In this document: piece after piece, positions 26,501 to 37,900 of the stretch | Layout: each line of letters opens with the position of its first letter | How positions within the stretch are numbered: position 1 is the first letter of the stretch | DNA from: Eledone cirrhosa | Taxonomy: Eukaryota | Length of the DNA: 64,000 bases | Assembly: GCA_964016885.1 (NCBI GenBank) | Contig: OZ024744.1 | Span: forward strand, 12,524,001 to 12,588,000 | Direction of reading: 5' to 3' | Notes under the pieces: model-generated | Database searches by the model: none | Seen by the model: only the letters and a program-made list of their open reading frames with translations | What the model was told of the DNA's origin: nothing | Translations under genes and position numbers: made by a program

Positions 26501-28940
26501 GGTAGTAGTGGTGTCATGACAGTACTGTAGGTGGTAGTAGTGGTGACATGACAGTAGTGTAGGTGGTAGTAGTGGTGACATGACAGTAGTGTAGGTGGTA
26601 GTAGTGGTGACATGACCGTAGTGTAGGTGGTAGTAGTGGTGACATGACAGTACTGTAGGTGGTAGTAGTGGTGACATGACAGTAGTGTAGGTGGTAGTAG
26701 TGGTGTCATGACAGTAGTGTATGTGGTAGTAGTGGTGACATGACAGTACTGTAGGTGGTAGTAGTGGTGACAACAGTAGTGTAGGTGGTAGTAGTGGTGT
26801 CATGATAGTGGTGTGTGTGGTAGTAGTGGTCTCATGACAGTAGTGTAGGTGGTAGTAGTGGTGATATGACAGTAGTGTCGGTGGTAGTAGTGGTGACATG
26901 ACAGTACTGTAGGTGGTAGTAGTGGTGTCATGACAGTAGGGTAGGTGGTAGTAGTGGTGACATGACAGTGGTGTAGGTGGTAGTAGTGGTGACATGATAG
27001 TAGTGTAGGTGGTAGTAGTGGTGACATGACGGTAGTGTAAGTGGTAGTAATGGTGACATGACAGTAGTGTAGGTGGTAGTAGTGGTGACATGACAGTGGT
27101 GTAGGTGCTAATAGTGGTGACATGACAGTAGTGTAGGTGGTAGTAGTGGTGTCATGACAGTAGTGTAGCTGGTAGTAGTGGTGACATGACGGTAGTGTAA
27201 GTGGTTGTAATAGTGACATGACAGTAGTGTAGGTGGTAGTAGTGGTGTCATGACAGTAGTGTAGGTGGTAGTACTGGTAACATGACAGTAATGTAGGTGG
27301 TAGTAGTGATGACATAACAGTAGTGTAGGTTGTAGTAGTGGTGTCATGACAGTAGTGTAGGTGGTAGTAGTGGTGTCATGACTGTAGTATAGGTGGTAGT
27401 AGTGGTGAAATGACAGTAGTGTAGGTGGTAGTAGTGGTGACATGACAGTAGTGTAGGTGGTAGTAGTGGTGTCATGACAGTAGTGTATGTGGTAGTAGTG
27501 GTGACATGACAGTAGTGTAGTTGGTAGTAGTGGTGACATGACAGTAGTGTAGGTGGTAGTAGTGGTGACATGACAGTAGTGTAGGTGTTAGTAGTGGTGA
27601 CATGACAGTAGTGTAGGTGGTAGTAGTGGTGTCATGACAGTAGTGTAGGTGGTAGTAGTGGTGACATGACAGTACTGTAGGTGGTAGTAGTAATGTCATG
27701 ACAGTAGTGTAGGTGGTAGTAGTGGTGTCATGACAGTACTGTAGGTGGTAGTAGTGGTGTCATGACAGTAGTGTAGGTGGAAGTAGTGGTGACATGACAG
27801 TAGTGTAGGTGGTAGTAGTGGTGTCATGACAGTAGTGTAGGTGGTAGTAGTGTGGTCATGACAGTAGTGTAAGTGGTAGTAATAGTGACATGACAGTAGT
27901 GTAGGTGGTAGTAGTGGTGGCATGACAGTAGTGTAGGTGGTAGTAGTGGTGACATTACAGTAGTGTAGGTGGTAGTAGTGGTGTCATGACAGTAGTGTAG
28001 GTGGTAGTAGTAGTGACATGACAGTAGTGTAAGTGGTAGTAATAGTGACATGACAGTAGTGTAGGTGGTAGTAGTGGTGACATGACATTAGTGTAGGTGG
28101 TAGTAGTGGTGACATGACAGTAGTGTAGATGGTAGTAGTGCTGATATGACAGTAGCGTAGGTGGTAGTAGGGTGACATGACAGTAGTGTAGGTGGTAGTA
28201 GTGGTGTCATGACAGTAGTGTAGGGGGTAGTAGTGGTGACATGACAGTAGTGTAGGTGGTAGTAGTGCTGTCATGACAGTAGTGTAGGTGGGAGTAGTGG
28301 TGACATGACAGTACAGTAGGTGGTAGTAGTAGTGTCATGACAGTAGTGTAGGTGGTAGTAGTGGTGTCATGACAGTAGTGTAGGTGGTAGTACTGGTGAT
28401 ATGACAGTAGTGTAGGTGGTAGTAGTGATGACATGACAGTGGTGTAGGGGGTAGTAGTGGTGTCATGACAGTAGTGTAGGTGGTAGTAGTGGTGTCATGA
28501 CTGTAGTATAGGTGGTAGTAGTGGTGTCATGACAGTAGTGGTGACATGACAGTAGTGTAGGTGGTAGTAGTGGTGACCTGACAATAGTGTAGGTGGTAGT
28601 AGTGGTGACATGACAGTACTGTAGGTGGTAGTAGTGGTGACATGAAAGTAGTGTAGGTGGTAGTAGTGGTGTCATGACAGTAGTGTATGTGGTAGTAGTG
28701 GTGACATGACAGTAGTGTAGTTGGTAGTAGTGGTGACATGACAGTAGTGTAGGTGGTAGTAGTGGTGACATGACAGTAGTGTAGTTGGTAGTAGGGGTGA
28801 CATGACAGTAGTGTAGGTGGTAGTAGTGGTGTCATGACAGTAGTGTAGGTGGTAGTAGTGGTGACATGACAGTAGTGTAGGTGGTAGTAGTGGTGACATG
28901 ACAGTACTGTAGGTGGTAGTAGTGGTGACATGACAGTAGT
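22830..28940 (+). repeat. Tandem higher-order repeat, 3,086-bp unit (97 monomers), 2 adjacent copies
   Basis: ORF pairs at offset 3086 (23044/26130, 23714/26800, 24022/27108, 24610/27696, 25121/28207, 25377/28463) and GTGGCATGAC at 24831/27917. 3086 = 97x32 - 18 (-15,-2,-1). Confidence 0.9.
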
Positions 28941-31900
28941 GTAGGTGGTAGTAGTGGTGTCATGACAGTAGTGTATGTGGTAGTAGTGGTGACATGACAG
29001 TAGTGTAGTTGGTAGAAGTGGTGACATGACAGTAGTGTAGGTGGTAGTAGTGGTGTCATGACAGTACTGTAGGTGGTAGTAGTGGTGACATGACAGTAGT
29101 GTAGGTGGTAGTAGTGGTGACATGACAGTAGTGTAGGTGGTAGTAGTGGTGACATGACAGTAGTGTAGGTGGTAGTAGTGGTGACATGACAGTAGTGTAG
29201 GTAGGAGTAGTGGTGAGATGACAGTAGTGTAGGTGGTAGTAGTGGTGTCATGACAATAGTGTAGGTGGTAGTAGTGGTGTCATGACTATAGTGTAGGTGG
29301 TAGTAGAGGTGAAATGACAGTAGTATAGGTGGTAGTAGTGGTGACATGACAGTAGTGTAGGTGGGAGTAGTGGTGACATGACAGTTGTGTAGGTGGTAGT
29401 AGTAGTGTCATGACAGTAGTGTAGGTGGTAGTACTGGTGATATGACAGTAGTGTAGGTGGTAGTAGTGATGACATGACAGTAGTGTAGGGGGTAGTAGTG
29501 GTGTCATGACAGTAGTGTAGGTGGTAGTACTGGTGATATGACAGTAGTGTAGGTGGTAGTAGTGATGACATGACAGTAGTGTAGGGGGTAGTAGTGGTGT
29601 CATGACAGTAGTGTAGGTGGTAGTAGTGGTGTCATGACTGTAGTATAGGTGGTAGTAGTGGTGTCATGACAGTAGTGGTGACATGACAGTAGTGTAGGTG
29701 GTAGTAGTGGTGACCTGACAATAGTGTAGGTGTTAGTAGTGGTGACATGACAGTAGTGTAGGTGGTAGTAGTGGTGACATGACAGTAGTGTAGGTGGTAG
29801 TAGTGGTGTCATGACAGTAGTGTATGTGGTAGTAGTGGTGACATGACAGTAGTGTAGTTGGTAGTAGTGCTGACATGACAGTAGTGTAGGTGGTAGTAGT
29901 GGTGACATGACAGTAGTGTAGTTGGTAGTAGGGGTGACATGACAGTAGTGTAGGTGGTAGTAGTGGTGTCATGACAGTAGTGTAGGAGGTAGTAGTGGTG
30001 ACATGACAGTAGTGTAGGTGGTAGTAGTGGTGTCATGACTGTAGTATAGGTGGTAGTAGTGGTGAAATGACAGTAGTGTAGGTGGTAGTAGTGGTGACAT
30101 GACAGTAGTGTAGGTGGTAGTAGTGGTGTCATGACAGTAGTGTAGGTGGTAGTAGTGGTGACATGACAGTAGTGTAGGTGGTAGTAGTGGTGTCATGACA
30201 GTAGTGTATGTGGTAGTAGTGGTGACATGACAGTAGTGTAGTTGGTAGTAGTGGTGACATGACAGTAGTGTAGGTGGTAGTAGTGGTGACATGACAGTAG
30301 TGTAGGTGTTAGTAGTGGTGACATGACAGTAGTGTAGGTGGTAGTAGTGGTGTCATGACAGTAGTGTAGGTGGTAGTAGTGGTGACATGACAGTACTGTA
30401 GGTGGTAGTAGTAATGTCATGACAGTAGTGTAGGTGGTAGTAGTGGTGTCATGACAGTACTGTAGGTGGTAGTAGTGGTGTCATGACAGTAGTGTAGGTG
30501 TTAGTAGTGGTGACATGACAGTAGTGTAGGTGGTAGTAGTGGTGTCATGACAGTAGTGTAGGTGGTAGTAGTGGTGACATGACAGTACTGTAGGTGGTAG
30601 TAGTAATGTCATGACAGTAGTGTAGGTGGTAGTAGTGGTGTCATGACAGTAGTGTAAGTGGTAGTAATAGTGACATGACAGTAGTGTAGGTGGTAGTAGT
30701 GGTGACATGACAGTAGTGTAGGTGGTAGTAGTGGTGACATTACAGTAGTGTAGGTGGTAGTAGTGGTGTCATGACAGTAGTGTAGGTGGTAGTAGTAGTG
30801 ACATGACAGTAGTGTAAGTGGTAGTAATAGTGACATGACAGTAGTGTAGGTGGTAGTAGTGGTGACATGACAGTAGTGTAGGTGGTAGTAGTGGTGACAT
30901 GACAGTAGTGTAGATGGTAGTAGTGCTGATATGACAGTAGCGTAGGTGGTAGTAGGGTGACATGACAGTAGTGTAGGTGGTAGTAGTGGTGTCATGACAG
31001 TAGTGTAGGGGGTAGTAGTGGTGACATGACAGTAGTGTAGGTGGTAGTAGTGCTGTCATGACAGTAGTGTAGGTGGGAGTAGTGGTGACATGACAGTACA
31101 GTAGGTGGTAGTAGTAGTGTCATGACAGTAGTGTAGGTGGTAGTAGTGGTGTCATGACAGTAGTGTAGGTGGTAGTACTGGTGATATGACAGTAGTGTAG
31201 GTGGTAGTAGTGATGACATGACAGTAGTGTAGGGGGTAGTAGTGGTGTCATGACAGTAGTGTAGGTGGTAGTAGTGGTGTCATGACTGTAGTATAGGTGG
31301 TAGTAGTGGTGTCATGACAGTAGTGGTGACATGACAGTAGTGTAGGTGGTAGTAGTGGTGACCTGACAATAGTGTAGGTGGTAGTAGTGGTGACATGACA
31401 GTACTGTAGGTGGTAGTAGTGGTGACATGACAGTAGTGTAGGTGGTAGTAGTGGTGTCATGACAGTAGTGTATGTGGTAGTAGTGGTGACATGACAGTAG
31501 TGTAGTTGGTAGTAGTGGTGATATGACAGTAGTGTAGGTGGTAGTAGTGGTGACATGACAGTAGTGTAGTTGGTAGTAGGGGTGACATGACAGTAGTGTA
31601 GGTGGTAGTAGTGGTGTCATGACTGTAGTGTAGGTGGTAGTAGTGGTGACATGACAGTAGTGTAGGTGGTAGTAGTGGTGACATGACAGTACTGTAGGTG
31701 GTAGTAGTGGTGACATGACAGTAGTGTAGGTGGTAGTAGTGGTGTCATGACAGTAGTGTATGTGGTAGTAGTGGTGACATGACAGTAGTGTAGTTGGTAG
31801 TAGTGGTGACATGACAGTAGTGTAGGTGGTAGTAGTGGTGTCATGACAGTACTGTAGGTGGTAGTAGTGGTGACATGACAGTAGTGTAGGTGGTAGTAGT

Positions 31901-34900
31901 GGTGACATGACAGTAGTGTAGGTGGTAGTAGTGGTGACATGACAGTAGTGTAGGTGGTAGTAGTGGTGACATGACAGTAGTGTAGGTGGGAGTAGTGGTG
32001 AGATGACAGTAGTGTAGGTGGTAGTAGTGGTGTCATGACAATAGTGTAGGTGGTAGTAGTGGTGTCATGACTATAGTGTAGGTGGTAGTAGAGGTGAAAT
32101 GACAGTAGTATAGGTGGTAGTAGTGGTGACATGACAGTAGTGTAGGTGGGAGTAGTGGTGACATGACAGTACTGTAGGTAGTAGTAGTAGTGTCATGACA
32201 GTAGTGTAGGTGGTAGTAGTGGTGTCATGACAGTAGTGTAGGTGGTAGTACTGGTGATATGACAGTAGTGTAGGTGGTAGTAGTGATGACATGACAGTAG
32301 TGTAGGGGGTAGTAGTGGTGTCATGACAGTAGTGTAGGTGGTAGTAGTGGTGTCATGACTGTAGTATAGGTGGTAGTAGTGGTGTCATGACAGTAGTGGT
32401 GACATGACAGTAGTGTAGGTGGTAGTAGTGCTGACCTGACAATAGTGTAGGTGTTAGTAGTGGTGACATGACAGTACTGTAGGTGGTAGTAGTGGTGACA
32501 TGACAGTAGTGTAGGTGGTAGTAGTGGTGTCATGACAGTAGTGTATGTGGTAGTAGTGGTGACATGACAGTAGTGTAGTTGGTAGTAGTGCTGACATGAC
32601 AGTAGTGTAGGTGGTAGTAGTGGTGACATGACAGTAGTGTAGTTGGTAGTAGGGGTGACATGACAGTAGTGTAGGTGGTAGTAGTGGTGTCATGACAGTA
32701 GTGTAGGTGGTAGTAGTGGTGACATGACAGTAGTGTAGGTGGTAGTAGTGGTGACATGACAGTACTGTAGGTGGTAGTAGTGGTGACATGACAGTAGTGT
32801 AGGTGGTAGTAGTGGTGTCATGACAGTAGTGTATGTGGTAGTAGTGGTGACATAACAGTAGTGTAGTTGGTAGTAGTGGTGACATGACAGTAGTGTAGGT
32901 GGTAGTAGTGGTGTCATGACAGTACTGTAGGTGGTAGTAGTGGTGACATGACAGTAGTGTAGGTGGTAGTAGTGGTGACATGACAGTAGTGTAGGTGCTA
33001 GTAGTGGTGACATGACAGTAGTGTAGGTGGTAGTAGTGGTGACATGACAGTACTGTAGGTGGTAGTAGTGGTGACATGACAGTAGTGTAGGTGGTAGTAG
33101 TGGTGTCATGACAGTAGTGTATGTGGTAGTAGTGGTGACATGACAGTACTGTAGGTGGTAGTAGTGGTGACAACAGTAGTGTAGGTGGTAGTAGTGGTGT
33201 CATGATAGTGGTGTGTGTGGTAGTAGTTGTCTCATGACAGTAGTGTAGGTGGTAGTAGTGGTGATATGACAGTAGTGTCGGTGGTAGTAGTGGTGACATG
33301 ACAGTACTGTAGGTGGTAGTAGTGGTGTCATGACAGTAGGGTAGGTGGTAGTAGTGGTGACATGACAGTGGTGTAGGTGGTAGTAGTGGTGACATGACAG
33401 TAGTGTAGGTGGTAGTAGTGGTGACATGACGGTAGTGTAAGTGGTAGTAATGGTGACATGACAGTAGTGTAGGTGGTAGTAGTGGTGACATGACAGTGGT
33501 GTAGGTGCTAATAGTGGTGACATGACAGTAGTGTAGGTGGTAGTAGTGGTGTCATGACAGTAGTGTAGCTGGTAGTAGTGGTGACATGACGGTAGTGTAA
33601 GTGGTTGTAATGGTGACATGACAGTAGTGTAGGTGGTAGTAGTGGTGTCATGACAGTAGTGTAGGTGGTAGTACTGGTAACATGACAGTAATGTAGGTGG
33701 TAGTAGTGATAACATAACAGTAGTGTAGGTTGTAGTAGTGGTGTCATGACAGTAGTGTAGGTGGTAGTAGTGGTGTCATGACTGTAGTATAGGTGGTAGT
33801 AGTGGTGAAATGACAGTAGTGTAGGTGGTAGTAGTGGTGACATGACAGTAGTGTAGGTGGTAGTAGTGGTGTCATGACAGTAGTGTATGTGGTAGTAGTG
33901 GTGACATGACAGTAGTGTAGTTGGTAGTAGTGGTGACATGACAGTAGTGTAGGTGGTAGTAGTGGTGACATGACAGTAGTGTAGGTGTTAGTAGTGGTGA
34001 CATGACAGTAGTGTAGGTGGTAGTAGTGGTGTCATGACAGTAGTGTAGGTGGTAGTAGTGGTGACATGACAGTACTGTAGGTGGTAGTAGTAATGTCATG
34101 ACAGTAGTGTAGGTGGTAGTAGTGGTGTCATGACAGTACTGTAGGTGGTAGTAGTGGTGTCATGACAGTAGTGTAGGTGGAAGTAGTGGTGACATGACAG
34201 TAGTGTAGGTGGTAGTAGTGGTGTCATGACAGTAGAGTAGGTGGTAGTAGTGTGGTCATGACAGTAGTGTAAGTGGTAGTAATAGTGACATGACAGTAGT
34301 GTAGGTGGTAGTAGTGGTGACATGACAGTAGTGTAGGTGGTAGTAGTGGTGACATGACAGTAGTGTAGGTGGTAGTAGTGGTGTCATGACAGTAGTGTAG
34401 GTGGTAGTAGTAGTGACATGACAGTAGTGTAAGTGGTAGTAATAGTGACATGACAGTAGTGTAGGTGGTAGTAATGGTGACATGACAGTAGTGTAGGTGG
34501 TAGTAGTGGTGACATGACAGTAGTGTAGATGGTAGTAGTGCTGATATGACAGTAGCGTAGGTGGTAGTAGGGTGACATGACAGTAGTGTAGGTGGTAGTA
34601 GTGGTGTCATGACAGTAGTGTAGGGGGTAGTAGTGGTGACATGACAGTAGTGTAGGTGGTAGTAGTGCTGTCATGACAGTAGTGTAGGTGGGAGTAGTGG
34701 TGACATGACAGTACAGTAGGTGGTAGTAGTAGTGTCATGACAGTAGTGTAGGTGGTAGTAGTGGTGTCATGACAGTAGTGTAGGTGGTAGTACTGGTGAT
34801 ATGACAGTAGTGTAGGTGGTAGTAGTGATGACATGACAGTAGTGTAGGGGGTAGTAGTGGTGTCATGACAGTAGTGTAGGTGGTAGTAGTGGTGTCATGA

Positions 34901-37900
34901 CTGTAGTATAGGTGGTAGTAGTGGTGTCATGACAGTAGTGGTGACATGACAGTAGTGTAGGTGGTAGTAGTGGTGACCTGACAATAGTGTAGGTGGTAGT
35001 AGTGGTGACATGACAGTACTGTAGGTGGTAGTAGTGGTGACATGACAGTAGTGTAGGTGGTAGTAGTGGTGTCATGACAGTAGTGTATGTAGTAGTAGTG
35101 GTGACATGACAGTAGTGTAGTTGGTAGTAGTGGTGACATGACAGTAGTGTAGGTGGTAGTAGTGGTGACATGACAGTAGTGTAGTTGGTAGTAGGGGTGA
35201 CATGACAGTAGTGTAGGTGGTAGTAGTGGTGTCATGACAGTAGTGTAGGTGGTAGTAGTGGTGACATGACAGTAGTGTAGGTGGTAGTAGTGGTGACATG
35301 ACAGTACTGTAGGTGGTAGTAGTGGTGACATGACAGTAGTGTAGGTGGTAGTAGTGGTGTCATGACAGTAGTGTATGTGGTAGTAGTGGTGACATGACAG
35401 TAGTGTAGTTGGTAGTAGTGGTGACATGACAGTAGTGTAGGTGGTAGTAGTGGTGTCATGACAGTACTGTAGGTGGTAGTAGTGGTGACATGACAGTAGT
35501 GTAGGTGGTAGTAGTGGTGACATGACAGTAGTGTAGGTGGTAGTAGTGGTGACATGACAGTAGTGTAGGTGGTAGTAGTGGTGACATGACAGTACTGTAG
35601 GTGGTAGTAGTGGTGACATGACAGTAGTGTAGGTGGTAGTAGTGGTGTCATGACAGTAGTGTATGTGGTAGTAGTGGTGACATGACAGTACTGTAGGTGG
35701 TAGTAGAGGTGACAACAGTAGTGTAGGTGGTAGTAGTGGTGTCATGACTGTAGTATAGGTGGTAGTAGTGGTGTCATGACAGTAGTGGTGACATGACAGT
35801 AGTGTAGGTGGTAGTAGTGGTGATCTGACAATAGTGTAGGTGGTAGTAGTGGTGACATGACAGTACTGTAGGTGGTAGTAGTGGTGACATGACAGTAGTG
35901 TAGGTGGTAGTAGTGGTGTCATGACAGTAGTGTATGTGGTAGTAGTGGTGACATGACAGTAGTGTAGGTGGCAATAGTGGTGACATGACAGTAGTGTAGG
36001 TGGTAGTAGTGGTGTCATGACTGTAGTGTAGGTGGTAGTAGTGGTGACATAACAGTAGTGTAGGTTGTAGTAGTGGTGACATGACAGTAGTGTAGGTGGT
36101 AGTAGTGGTGACATGACAGTAGTGTAGGTGGTAGTAGTGGTGACATGACAGTGGTGTAGGTGGTAGTAGTGGTGTCATGACAGTAGTGTAGGTGGTAGTA
36201 GTGGTGACATGACAGTACTGTAGGTGGTAGTAGTATTGACAACAGTAGTGTAGGTGGTAGTAGTGGTGTCATGATAGTGGTGTGTGTGGTAGTAGTGGTC
36301 TCATGACAGTAGTGTAGGTGGTAGTAGTGGTGATATGACAGTAGTGTCGGTGGTAGTAGTGGTAGTAGTGGTGTCATGACAGTAGGGTAGGTGGTAGTAG
36401 TGGTGACATGACAGTAGTGTAGGTGGTAGTAGTGGTGACATGACAGTAGTGTAAGTGGTAGTAATGGTGACATGACAGTAGTGTAGGTGGGAGTAGTGGT
36501 GACATGACAGTAGTGTAGGTGGTAGTTGGGTGACATGACAGTGGTGTAGGTGGTAGTTGGGTGACATGACAGTGGTGTAGGTGGTAGTAGTGGTGACATG
36601 ACAGTAGTGTAGGTGGTAGTAGTGGTGACATGACAGTAGTGTAAGTGGTAGTAATGGTGACATGACAGTAGTGTAGGTGGTAGTAGTGGTGACATGACAG
36701 TACTGTAGGTGGTAGTAGTGGTGACATGACAGTAGTGTAGGTGGTAGTAGTGGTGACATGACAGTAGTGTAGGTGGTAGTAGTGGTGTCATGACAGTAGT
36801 GTATGTTGTAGTAGTGGTGTCATGTCAATAGTGTAGGTGGTAGTAGTGGTGTCATGACAGTAGTGTAGGTGGTAGTAGTGGTGACATGACAGTAGTGTAG
36901 TTGGTAGTAGTGGTGACATGACAGTAGTGTAGGTGGTAGTAGTGGTGTCATGACAGTACTGTAGGTGGTTGTAGTGGTGACATGACAGTAGTGTAGTTGG
37001 TAGTAGTGGTGACATGACAGTAGTGTAGGTGGTAGTAGTGGTGTCATGACAGTAGTGTAGGTAGTAGTGGTGACATGACAGTAGTGTAGGTGGTAGTAGT
37101 GGTGACATGACAATAGTGTAGGTGGTAGTAGTGGTGACATGACAGTAGTGTAGTTGGTAGTAGTGGTGACATGACAGTAGTGTAGTTGGTAGTAGTGGTG
37201 ACATGACAGTAGTGTAGGTGGTAGTAGGGGTGTCATGACAGTAGTGTAGGTGGTAGTAGTGGTGTCATGACAATAGTGTCGGTGCTAGTAGTGGTGACAT
37301 GATAGTAGTGTAGGTGGTAGTAGTGGTGTCATGACAGTAGTGTAGGTTGTAGTAGTGGTGACATGACAGTACTGTAGGTGGTAGTAGTGGTGACATGACA
37401 GTAGTGTAGGTGGTAGTAGTGGTGACATGACAGTAGTGTAGGTGGTAGTAGTGGTGACATGACAGCAGTGTAGGTGGTAGTAGTGGTGACATGACTGTAG
37501 TGTAGGTGGTAGTAGTGGTGACATGACAGTAGTGTAGGTGGTAGTAGTGGTGTCATGACAGTAGTGTAGCTGGTAGTAGTGGTGACATGACAGTAGTGTA
37601 GGTGGTAGTAGTGGTGACATGACAGTAGTGTAGGTGGTAGTAGGGGTGTCATGACAGTAGTGTAGGTGGTAGTAGTGGTGTCATGACAATAGTGTCGGTG
37701 CTAGTAGTGGTGACATGATAGTAGTGTAGGTGGTAGTAGTGGTGTCATGACAGTAGTGTAGGTTGTAGTAGTGGTGTCATGACAGTAGTGTAGCTGGTAG
37801 TAGTGGTGACATGACGGTAGTGTAGGTGGTAGTAGTGGTGACATGACAGTAGTGTAGGTGGTAGTAGTGGTGTCATGACAGTAGTGTAGTTGGTAGTAGG

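Larger units (their letters stand above)
16200..35700 (+). repeat. Central domain: ~9.0-10.0-kb higher-order duplication, 2 copies plus a partial third
   Basis: Private markers occur twice: TTGGTAGAAGTGG (GAAG at 19241/29015), GCTGACCTGAC (~22464/32430) and TACTGTAGGTAGTAGTAGTAGTG (~22204/32170). ORF-pair offsets are 9038, 9582, 9742, 9774, 9870, 10030, 9966 and 9486. Confidence 0.85.
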
